This document shows positions 9,501 through 17,200 of a stretch of DNA of 64,000 nt, piece after piece. The stretch lies in the IMG/VR virus record IMGVR_UViG_3300030376_006003, positions 1-64,000 of that record; one strand, 5' to 3'. Source of the DNA: a virus. Its lineage: Duplodnaviria > Caudoviricetes. Under the pieces are notes generated by a model. It was given only the letters and a program-made list of their open reading frames with translations, had not been told where the DNA came from and did not search any database. The position numbers and the translations under genes are program-made. Within the stretch, counting starts at the first letter, position 1; each line of letters opens with the position of its first letter.

Positions 9501-11373
9501 CATTAGTATCAGTAGCTGATAAAACGTATACTCCTGAAGTTACACCACTTAACGTACTACCACTAGTTGTGGTGCTTGTTGAATTTTCAGTTATTGTATA
9601 AGTATAAGGAGCTGTACCACCAGTTGCAACAAATGAGATAGTTCCATCAGAACCACCTGCACTACAATAAGTTGGTTGGTTTACTGTTTCATTAATTGTA
9701 ACTGCTGTTGGGTTTACTACCATTGATGAACATGTTTGTGTTCTTGGTGTTCCACTTGAGTCAGTTACAGTAAGCTGCCAGAATTCACCTGGTGTTAATT
9801 GTTCTGTTGCACTTGGGCATGAGAACCATGGTCCAGCAACAACATTAGCGCCACCTTGAGTACAAGTAGGTGTACTATTAGCAGGGTGAGATGCAACTTG
9901 TACAGAAGCACCACCTGACCATGCAGGTGTACCGGAAATAGAACCACTTGCGCTAATTGTAACAGGATAAGTAGCACTTGCATCCAACATTATGTGCCAG
10001 TTTACTTTATCATCTTTACAAGGAGCTTCATTTATACAACACTCAATATCTAAGCTTGAAGGTGTATCTAAATTTATAACTACTTGACAAGTTGTTGAAC
10101 AACTATCAGAATCTGTAATTGTTACTGAATATGTACCAGGAACAGACACTGCAGCGGTAGCAACGTTTCCAATTGCTGCTGCTCCACCAGGAACAGTCCA
10201 CGCATAAGTTAATTGGTTACCCCATCCTCCAGTAACGACAGCTGTTACTGATCCGTCTACTAAAGCACCACCTGCAGTATAATAAGGATCTACTCCTGTT
10301 ACTGTACAAGCAAGAGGAGCTAAAGGTCCTTCTACAATTCCTACACATGTTGCAACTACATCATCTGCAGCATTACCTGCAGTACCGTTATCACTAGTCA
10401 ATACACAAGTATAAGAACCTGCTGCAAGACTTGATATTGTTTGTGTTGTAGCACCAGTGTTCCATAAGTAAGTAATAGTAGATCCTGCAGCTGCACCTGT
10501 AAAGTTAGCTGTTAATGTTCCATTAGTGTCACCATGACAAGCTAATTTAAATTGATCTATTCTACATCCTGCTGGCTCTGGTTCATCATCACCTTGACAA
10601 AGGTAACAATCTAAACACCATATTTCTTTATCTGTTAATGCTCTATCAAACTGCATAAATGTTGCAACTTTACCGTCAAGAGGGTTAGTTCCATCATATC
10701 CTATCGTACTTACATCATAATTACCAGTTGCAATAAAGGTTGGTCCCCAAGCAAGACCACCTACAAATAATTGACAAACGTCATTTAGTCTTCTAAGTGT
10801 TACATTCAACATTTCACATGGTGGTGTAAGACCTGATTGAGGACTAAGAGTTGGTCCTGTTATAGTTTGTGTAACGTTATTAAATTCAACATCTATAGTG
10901 GTATCACTAGTTATCGTTACTGAGTCATTGTCAGTACTACTATTCCATAGAGCATGAGTAGTAAATGTTCCTGCAGTTACTGGTATAAATCCAAGAAGTA
11001 TTGTAAAGTCTTGACCAACTGCATAAGATACCTTTGCAAAAGTAAGTTTATCGTCTGTCCCATCAAACAATAGTGTACTGTCTGCTGAATTCCAAAGAGG
11101 TTGATTACCACTTCCTGGCATTGCAGCATCGTTAGTTCCTATTTCATCATTCCAATAAGAAACAGCAGTACCGTTTCCAATAGTTGCTGTATCTGCTGGT
11201 AGTGCGTAAGCAGTACCACCTGCTGTTACATTAAACTTTTGTCTTAGCCAATGTTGTATGTTAGGTATTAGATGTGCTGATGACGCACAAGGATCACAAT
11301 CATTAAGCCAGATCCCCTGGTTAACTGTTCCTGCTATTTGGTTACAATTGATGTGTGTTGAATTTCTTGACAT
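3565..11373 (-). CDS. 2602-aa fiber/adhesin: LamG-like N-terminus, SprB-type repeats, two FG-GAP-like beta-propellers, CBM-like domains, Cys-rich C-terminal repeats
   Basis: LamG-like FDGTDD...FDRALTDKEI; repeated GGTAPYTY.W...G.Y.V.VTD.NGC (SprB repeat); repeated FG.SV.(L/I)S.DG..(I/V)AVGAP.......G.V.VY.W; C-terminal NC..G.C...G.GTY..LAAC...C repeats. Confidence 0.85.
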   Translation of the reverse strand: MSRNSTHINCNQIAGTVNQGIWLNDCDPCASSAHLIPNIQHWLRQKFNVTAGGTAYALPADTATIGNGTAVSYWNDEIGTNDAAMPGSGNQPLWNSADSTLLFDGTDDKLTFAKVSYAVGQDFTILLGFIPVTAGTFTTHALWNSSTDNDSVTITSDTTIDVEFNNVTQTITGPTLSPQSGLTPPCEMLNVTLRRLNDVCQLFVGGLAWGPTFIATGNYDVSTIGYDGTNPLDGKVATFMQFDRALTDKEIWCLDCYLCQGDDEPEPAGCRIDQFKLACHGDTNGTLTANFTGAAAGSTITYLWNTGATTQTISSLAAGSYTCVLTSDNGTAGNAADDVVATCVGIVEGPLAPLACTVTGVDPYYTAGGALVDGSVTAVVTGGWGNQLTYAWTVPGGAAAIGNVATAAVSVPGTYSVTITDSDSCSTTCQVVINLDTPSSLDIECCINEAPCKDDKVNWHIMLDASATYPVTISASGSISGTPAWSGGASVQVASHPANSTPTCTQGGANVVAGPWFSCPSATEQLTPGEFWQLTVTDSSGTPRTQTCSSMVVNPTAVTINETVNQPTYCSAGGSDGTISFVATGGTAPYTYTITENSTSTTTSGSTLSGVTSGVYVLSATDTNGCNVTKNVDIVCPMDPMPTITHVATNPDCYNENTGSTCDGFITWTPSVQTFTGEKFTLVLYNSGGTAIHTHGPLASFPSPHVFGNSGGDLCSGNYTYDYFATNDTTGLITMIASSVPVTLTDPPVLQCIKTSQSQMSCLGNDGAVTVTASGGTASYTIAWTGPSGFTSTNFALTGLSTTGLYDYTVTDANGCTCTGTFMLKDHCTFDATLTADPIPCDQSGSTTEYIVNGGFSLNTLSGGPFYDWVNDNQTFQITTDFSTWGDVTNYTNVSAFMSAPFSSGVWQLYSDNGTFPVQTAGAAANTLCFLPGTDMGQLVVGLTPGQTYTYSITIDAASFTSGDTWKLSAWYDSGSAFTQETLTGTSTLTTAGTHSVTFVASKSSVYVAVEYDGVTGAGSVSTWERLFDQSSGMKVAGGYNSNTPPLTGKGVAMSADGMTFMIGLPANNSGKGTVRTYRICNGGSTYPYSGGAYAASTAIHGDVSGDNIGDRESISISHDASLCAIGSPFTDSNGLTQNGKVTAYYYTETNAGSCYGVWEPKGTAIHGAADDNQFGHAVVMSGDGTHIAVGAKGVSGNTGAVKIYEWNSGTNDWALKGAVINGESGSDNFGFSLGISDDGSEVVIGAPGDDAVGNDSGHVRVYQWNGSAWAQMGADVDGEAAEDFSGTSVDINGAGTIIAIGAEKNDGINGMSSGHVRIYEWGGSAWTQKGADIDGPEAFGYSGWAVSLNTAGNRVLVTAPKTTTDESGATGQADAGSVKVYDWNSGTTSWDLVADEKRGEFGGDYFGFDGMLNATGDMFVIGAPFNNGDVPGTVITGDQGAGYVYEIQTTGNSATGNGCITNLSLTGQLQSGNTTDIFVSTNTPCGTPPYTYAWTTPTATPQGSLGSNAATASDLLNIGPGTYQVVVTDDNGCTDTEVIMIAAAGSITNSITVTSNVTCNGTGGILTSATPTGGTAPYSYYWTVDASGTIPVSGTTNGPTDPVIDNLAAGTYYLEVTDANGCKWNGSAAVTSTASGMTLDAVIVDEDLCGDCCGSIDLTVSGGTAPFTYLWTGLGGPYYTEDLSCVSAGSYTVVVTDDNGCTETATYTVGISNYPINFTLITQPTLGTISVVGLSGGTPAYSYQWTLNGVNIAAGTTSTVIPDFTPTQSGLWCLTVTDSFLPDACTVTQCIDVNWVDPVLGYNCEQAYEDTCTMTSVARIDGIQDNEKSGLAHAISGDGLVTVVGAPYHDCGEGPGPQDSAGEHGVKEKFQREYWSENNAAASNCGSVRVYTYVSGTPVQKGQTLFGESNGAKFGSSVDIDLDGNYIAVGAPGHNNGQGKIYVYRWTGSSWTMTLQIGADSLAGLGYSVSLSGDGYKVAFSGPTTNNHMGEVKVYTTSNGITWAQQGADITPTTPTSITGDTFVMGALGISDDGTKLVVGFPGRNSGDGGWAVYKYASSAWASYGNLNGNVGFKNNTGHSVSINAAGDRIAIGHPAMNGKAADNEGIVQVYQDNGSGVWSQIGNDIQGQSGQDYLSNNNIEIGATGCELNAAGDVVVVGSRKNDDGPNGLDSGYMKAYKLIDGTWVQQCETVYGIQKGCMMGTSVDVSDSGTRMSGGAMHATSYVSGVLNFAGYVDIKDMTMVSGSTTDHITDGVNFSTTFGAAQVGDSATAIAALDALPMVAGTWYPFAPTGQSAPAAAGGSVNLTNQQGIVQKVTGLTIGHTYDIKVSASTTFTACNSNFQTGIASIKVFNGTTAATLENNNNGGFDGIGDTTVQYKATATSATIMIIDNGQALATGCNIDIDNLTMKRAQYSCIECRQAPCDFATLQLCLDEPCGGGSTPIAESFNCVDGRCVDPGDGNGTYGSLAACNETGCGQRRTMYNCGHSGCYPVTGNGTYATLAACQAECGQAGPGASAKWFCEILCPDANDAEKYKDDKSVEEEGKYKGERKRETVTGGGKCRVVTGSENPAIAADLQYTSQKECLENCPWCKEGEERPAE

Positions 11374-11386
11374 TTCTTTTAATTTT

Positions 11387-11674
11387 TTATATTGTTCCTA
11401 CAATTACCACGTTATCTGCAGTTACTTTAAATGAATTAGTAACAAATCTGTTAGTCTCTTTCCCTACTCCTTCAGCAGCATCAAAGTTCACTGTAACTCC
11501 TACGGGAATAGTCATTACATTACCACAGTTTTCTAATGTTACGGTACATGTACCAAAATGATTATAAACTGAAAAAGTTCTGAACCTTTCCCCAAATGTT
11601 TTAGTTGTATTTGTTGTCCAGGTTATACCAAATGGGACAACAGTGTTAGTTCTTTTATTCGGTGTTACTTGCAT
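11387..11674 (-). CDS. Hypothetical small beta-rich protein
   Basis: 95-aa ORF preceded by the recurrent promoter-like motif; first gene of the fiber-lysis unit. Confidence 0.65.
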   Translation of the reverse strand: MQVTPNKRTNTVVPFGITWTTNTTKTFGERFRTFSVYNHFGTCTVTLENCGNVMTIPVGVTVNFDAAEGVGKETNRFVTNSFKVTADNVVIVGTI

Positions 11675-11714
11675 GATGTTGAATTTTTATTATTTTTGTA
11701 TTCTACTTTCTATA

Positions 11715-11728
11715 TATAATATACAAAA
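11715..11728 (-). promoter_or_regulatory. Recurrent promoter-like motif TTTTGTATATTATA
   Basis: Same core as at 45826, 59470, 60703 and 62412; about 40 nt upstream of the ATG at 11674. Confidence 0.6.
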
Positions 11729-11879
11729 TCTTTTTAAAAGTAGAAAGCAAAAAGAAAAAAAACAAATATGTTTGATTTATCAATTTATACTACTAAATAT
11801 AAATATAATTATGTATCTTACATATACACAATTTGCTATTTTAAGCAAGCAATATAAACCCCTCAAAAAAAAATAAGAA

Positions 11880-13739
11880 ATGAAGTTAAACAACAAAATT
11901 TTAAGTGACATCACAGTCCACATGAAGTATGCTAAATATCTACCTGAATTAAATAGAAGAGAAACTTGGGAAGAGTTAGTTACAAGAAATAAAAATATGC
12001 ATATAAAACATTACCCTCATATCAAAGAGGATATTGATAAAGTATATGAGATGGTATACAATAAGCAAATATTACCATCAATGAGATCAATGCAGTTTGG
12101 TGGTAAACCAATTGAGATTGCTCCTAATAGAATATATAATTGTGCTTATATGCCTATTGATCATGTTGACTCATTTAGTGAGTGTATGTTTTTGTTGTTA
12201 GGTGGAACAGGTGTTGGTTATTCTGTTCAGAATCATCATGTTGCTCAGCTTCCTCCAATAAATAAACCTTATCCAAAAAGAACTAAGAGATACTTGATTG
12301 GTGACTCTATTGAAGGTTGGGCTGATTCAGTTAAGGTATTAATGAAGTCTTATCTTAACGGTAGATCCTCCAAGATCATATTTGATTTCTCAGACATTAG
12401 ACCTAAAGGAGCAAGACTTGTTACATCAGGAGGTAAAGCCCCTGGGCCTCAACCACTTAAGGAATGTTTATTAAAAATTGAAGGTCTTCTTAGCTCTAAA
12501 GATGATGGAGATAACCTTTCTGCATTAGAAGTTCATGATATTGTATGCTATATTGCTGATGCTGTATTAGCTGGAGGAATTAGACGTGCTGCTTTAATTA
12601 GTCTCTTTAGTGCTCATGATGATGAAATGATTTCTTGTAAAGCTGGTAGTTGGTGGGAAACTAACCCACAAAGAGGTAGAGCTAATAACTCTGCAGTATT
12701 AATGAGACATAAAATAACTAAGAAGTTTTTTATGGATCTATGGGATAGAGTTGAGAAAAGCGGTGCAGGTGAGCCAGGTATCTATCTAAATAATGATAAG
12801 GACTGGGGTACTAATCCTTGTTGTGAAATAGCTTTACGTCCTTATCAATTCTGTAATCTGTGTGAGGTTAATGTTTCAGATATAGAATCCCAAGAGGAAT
12901 TAAATAAGAGAGTTAAGGGTGCTGCTTTTATTGGTACACTTCAAGCAGGTTATACTAACTTCCATTACTTGAGGGAGATATGGCAAAAGACTACTGAAAA
13001 AGATGCTTTAATTGGTGTATCAATGACAGGTATTGGTAGTGGTAAAGTCTTAAAGCTTGACATGTCTGAGGCAGCGTCATTTGTTAAAAGAGAGAATACA
13101 AGAATTGCAAAAAAGATAGGTGTTAATAAAGCGGCTAGAACAACTTGTGTAAAACCGGCTGGAACAACTTCTCTAACTCTTGGTACTTCTTCTGGCATTC
13201 ATGCTTGGCATAATGAGTTTTACATTAGAAGGTTGCGTGTAGGAAAGAATGAGTCAATCTATAATTACTTATCTGAAAAGCATCCTAGATTAATAGAAGA
13301 TGATTACTTTAGACCACATGATACAGCAATAATATCTATACCTCAAGCAGCTCCAGAAGGTTCAATAATAAGAACAGAGTCTCCGTTTGATTTACTAGAA
13401 AGAGTTAAGAAGGTTGCTACTGAATGGGTAGCTTCCGGTCATAGAAATGGATCAAATACTCATAATGTTTCTGCAACAATTTCACTTAAAGAAAATGAAT
13501 GGGAGGCAGCTGGTGAATGGATGTGGATAAATAGAAATTCATACAACGGTTTATCAGTATTACCATATGATGGTGGGTCATATACTCAAGCTCCGTTTGA
13601 AGATATAACAGAAAAAGAGTATGAAGAATTATTAAAGCACCTTGTTAATGTGGATCTATCTCAAGTTGTAGAGTTAGAAGATAACACAGATCTTAAAGGT
13701 GAGTTGGCTTGTGCTGGTGGTAGCTGTGAAATTACATAG
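11880..13739 (+). CDS. nrdJ: Class II (B12-dependent, monomeric RTPR-type) ribonucleotide reductase
   Basis: RRETWEE, YNCAY, GGTGVGYS, GGIRRAALI, TNPCCEI (thiyl radical Cys), FCNLCE, CVKPAGT, C-terminal ACAGGSCEI; no small subunit gene nearby. Confidence 0.92.
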   Translation: MKLNNKILSDITVHMKYAKYLPELNRRETWEELVTRNKNMHIKHYPHIKEDIDKVYEMVYNKQILPSMRSMQFGGKPIEIAPNRIYNCAYMPIDHVDSFSECMFLLLGGTGVGYSVQNHHVAQLPPINKPYPKRTKRYLIGDSIEGWADSVKVLMKSYLNGRSSKIIFDFSDIRPKGARLVTSGGKAPGPQPLKECLLKIEGLLSSKDDGDNLSALEVHDIVCYIADAVLAGGIRRAALISLFSAHDDEMISCKAGSWWETNPQRGRANNSAVLMRHKITKKFFMDLWDRVEKSGAGEPGIYLNNDKDWGTNPCCEIALRPYQFCNLCEVNVSDIESQEELNKRVKGAAFIGTLQAGYTNFHYLREIWQKTTEKDALIGVSMTGIGSGKVLKLDMSEAASFVKRENTRIAKKIGVNKAARTTCVKPAGTTSLTLGTSSGIHAWHNEFYIRRLRVGKNESIYNYLSEKHPRLIEDDYFRPHDTAIISIPQAAPEGSIIRTESPFDLLERVKKVATEWVASGHRNGSNTHNVSATISLKENEWEAAGEWMWINRNSYNGLSVLPYDGGSYTQAPFEDITEKEYEELLKHLVNVDLSQVVELEDNTDLKGELACAGGSCEIT

Positions 13740-13779
13740 TACCTAGAACAAACACAACAACCATAAGAACAATGTAAAT

Positions 13780-13836
13780 AGCTGGGGTTATATCTATACG
13801 TTTCATATAAACAATATAGAAATTATAATCCCAGTT
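13780..13836 (+). terminator. Long imperfect hairpin between the convergent nrdJ and SET genes
   Basis: AGCTGGGGTTATA-TCTATA-CGTTT...AAAC-AA-TATAGA-AAT-TATAATCCCAGTT; the outer-stem mismatches are G:U pairs on the plus strand. Confidence 0.55.
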
Positions 13837-13862
13837 TATGTTAAGAAAATGTTAAGTGAATG

Positions 13863-14204
13863 TTAATTCTCGTTACAAAGATAGTCACATAGATCATACA
13901 TAGAATACTTAAGAGTAAGTTCTTTACCTGCTTCTATCTTCTTTATTGTCTTGATCTTCTTGTAATCTGTATTCTCATCATCATCTATAAGTTCACAATT
14001 AGGTTCATCATTATGATTAATGAAACCTCCTAAAGGTGTTCTTATATATTCATGTTGAAAGTTTGGATCGTATACATGACTTATTCCTACCTCAATATCA
14101 GCCGGAATATCATCCTGTGCTATTATACCTGCACCGTGTATATCAGATGGACCTATTGCTAAGTAATCAGGCAATGGTTTATAAGGTTTCTTTTTGTTTG
14201 TCAT
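13863..14204 (-). CDS. Stand-alone SET-domain protein (putative lysine methyltransferase)
   Basis: SDIHGAGIIAQDDI (GxG), GGFINHNDEPNC (NHxxxPN), IKKIEAGKELTLKY (ELxxxY). Confidence 0.85.
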   Translation of the reverse strand: MTNKKKPYKPLPDYLAIGPSDIHGAGIIAQDDIPADIEVGISHVYDPNFQHEYIRTPLGGFINHNDEPNCELIDDDENTDYKKIKTIKKIEAGKELTLKYSMYDLCDYLCNEN

Positions 14205-14209
14205 TTGTT

Positions 14210-17200
14210 TTATTTTATATAAAAGTCATTCATTTGAACAAAGTTTTTCCATTTGTTAACCGTCCCTAAAAATGGTGCAGCATCTCCCCATTCTTTAGAT
14301 AGTTTTAATTCACCAGCTCTAATTCCTCTTGAATAAACTACATCTTTATTATCATAGAAATCTTCCTTAGATTGGAAGCCCCAAGCAACTCCTGTACGTG
14401 CTGTCATTTCTATGGCCTCACCCATCTCCCCCAGAGTTCTAGAAGAAGCAATTGGGTTTTGAATAAAGTGACCTACTTGTTGTAGTCCTCCAGCTCCTGG
14501 GATAGGTACCCATAATACACTCTCATCATGTAACCTATCCATTTGGTATATTAATATGTTTCTTAATCTCTTTTCTATATTGGAAACTTCTTCTTTTGTC
14601 TCTCCGTACATTGGGTTAATGTAATCACTATCATCATCGTCATCTGGGTTCATTCCCCACAATGACAATAGCATTTGTTTTGCTAAGTACGTTCCCATAA
14701 TGATTGCTATCTCTCCTGCTACTCTATGTAAGTTCTGTACTTTCATCTCTCCCTTCTCTCCATGGAATGCTTTATAATCACTTGCATCCATTTGCATCTT
14801 TCCTATATTCTTGAAAGCGTATCCTAAAAAATTCCAGAAAGTCAGGTATCTACCTTCCATCCACCCTAAGTTCTCGTCAAAGTATTCTTGTCTAAATCTT
14901 GCTTTAATTGCTGGAGCTACCCACTTGTGGAACTGTGCAGCTAATTGTCCTAATGAGTTAGATTGCATAACCATTCTATCTTCATAAGCATAGTTACCAT
15001 GTGTTACCTTATTAGTTTCTCTTATATAATTTCTTATCTCATATCTGGCATCATCGTTCCAAGGCATTGTTTTCTCAGAGTTATACATCTTTATTTCAGT
15101 AAATCCATCCTTGATCTTTAGTTCACCTGATACTCTATCAAAACTAAGGGCATCATATAAACTCATTGTTGCACCTGTTTTAGGATTAACAGCTTCAGTT
15201 GAATGTATTATTGCCATTCCTGTTTTACTTTGTACGTTGAATTCACCTGCGTCCTGTAATGCATATGCCCAACTTGTATACTTGTTCCACATGTCTGATA
15301 CATCACCTGACTCACGCATATCTGCCTTGCTATCCATCATTCTAAAGAAGGCAACCATTGCTCCATATTTACTATATGGTATCTTTTCTTTTAGTTTACG
15401 GTCTTTACCAATGTTCTGTTGAGCAACTTTACCAAGGTTCATCATAAGATCACTGCTGATAAACTGGTTATATCCCATCACAGCCTTTGCCATACCTTTT
15501 CTTGTATAGAACCTTTGACCTATTGTTTCCAGAGTATTGGATATTCTACCAAAAGCGTAGTTATTTATATTACCAAATACGTTGGTACCTACATATGCAA
15601 GAGATGTATAGCTAATAAGACCTTTAGTTAACTTATCCCAGAATGTTTTTATCTCATTATCATTATTATAGTATACCATCTTCATCCACTTCTTAGCTCT
15701 CTGTACTAGTCTAGCTTCTGTTCCAGTAGGATCTGCAGCATCTTTAATATTGTTCTGATCATCTACCACTTTTATATCCCCTCTAGAATTAGTATATGTT
15801 CTATCTTCTAATACTTTAATCATGGCCAAATGTGTATCTTCAGCTTGAGCCATTGTTTCATAGTTCTCAGCCATAGCACTAAACTTAAGTAGAGAGTCTG
15901 TCATATCCATACTTATTGTAGTAGATGTAGGTGCATTTTCTAAGGCCCTTAATTTACCCCTTAGTATCTTTATAGGTTGTTTGTACTTATCCTTTGCGGC
16001 CTGTGTCTCAGCGTTTTTGTATTTTTGCTCTAAAGTTTCTAATTCATTATTAAGAGCTACAAAGTCTGCTTCATCTTTCATACTACCTGTAAAAAAGATA
16101 GGTAGTGAATCATTAATAATATGTCCATTCTCATCAGTAAACACCTTCTTAACTCTTGTTGTTGGGTGTATTAGATTAGATCCCCATGTTTTCATCCCTG
16201 TCCACATTCTGCTTACTATGTTCTTTTTATTTTTTAGCTTATCAATCTGTGCAGCTCTAATTACAGGAACCTTTCCAATCATGTGAATATTCTCAGGAAG
16301 TTTTTCTAATAGATCTTTTTCATAAACATCTATAAACATGTTGTAATACTCTAACTGTGCTTTTTGTAACTCATTAGTAGGATTTTGAAGTTTAGCCCAT
16401 TTAGGATTGATCATAGAATTACCCTTACTAGTAACCTCTCTGATTTCTATATATTCTTTTTTAATAACAGGCATGCCGTCTACACGTTCTGTAACTCCTG
16501 TTGGTTGACCATCACTGTCTTTTACAGCTCTCTCATATTCTGGTAGTATGTCATAGTATCTGTTTAAATATGATCTATATTTTTCTTTTGATACAGAATT
16601 GGCTCTTACCCAACGCCCTATACCACTAAACTTGTTATATATGTAAACCTCATGTTTAGCTCTTGCTTCTTTAAACTCATCTGTATACTTGTGATATTCA
16701 GCATCTTCTACACCTTCTTCCCATCTAACCTCAGCTTTCATAAAGTCACCGTATGCTGCCTTATCTCTAGCTAACTGTTTATTATATTCTAACTGCTCAG
16801 GTGTAGCATCCTCTTCATTTTCAATTGTAATGAACTTTTTAAATCCATTATCATCATATAGTTTTGATCTAAGTTCATGTAGTTTATCTTTATATTGCCT
16901 TCCTATCTTTGTTAGATACCTTCCTGTAAACTCACCTGACTCATCAAAATCTAGCATAAAAGAATAGTCTACCTTCTTGCCTCCTGATAATCTAGATAAC
17001 TTTAAACCTGCAGATCTAATTCTTGGGGCCCTTTGTTCAATCTTATCAAGAACCCTTTGTTTATCTCTCTTATAAATCTTATCCATTAGAGCAAGAATTG
17101 TATCTCTTGATGTAGCCATATCTCCTGTTTGATACTCTACGGCATTAATGTCTCTTGCTGTAGTTAAAACTTCTTCTATTTCAGAAGGAGTAAAATTTCT

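Noticed and set aside
3565-11373. Diversity-generating retroelement targeting the fiber
   Set aside because: No reverse transcriptase and no near-identical TR/VR pair differing at adenines was visible in the window.
1-11373. Left part being host chromosome because of SprB, Trx and T9SS-like genes
   Set aside because: These genes are tightly coupled to a phage-type M15 endolysin cassette and share the promoter motif and strand of the virion genes; no housekeeping genes or att-like boundary were seen.
11772-11783. TTGAT-TT-ATCAA palindrome upstream of nrdJ, FNR-like
   Set aside because: The spacer is 2 nt rather than 4, it is a single copy, and such palindromes are expected by chance at this AT content.
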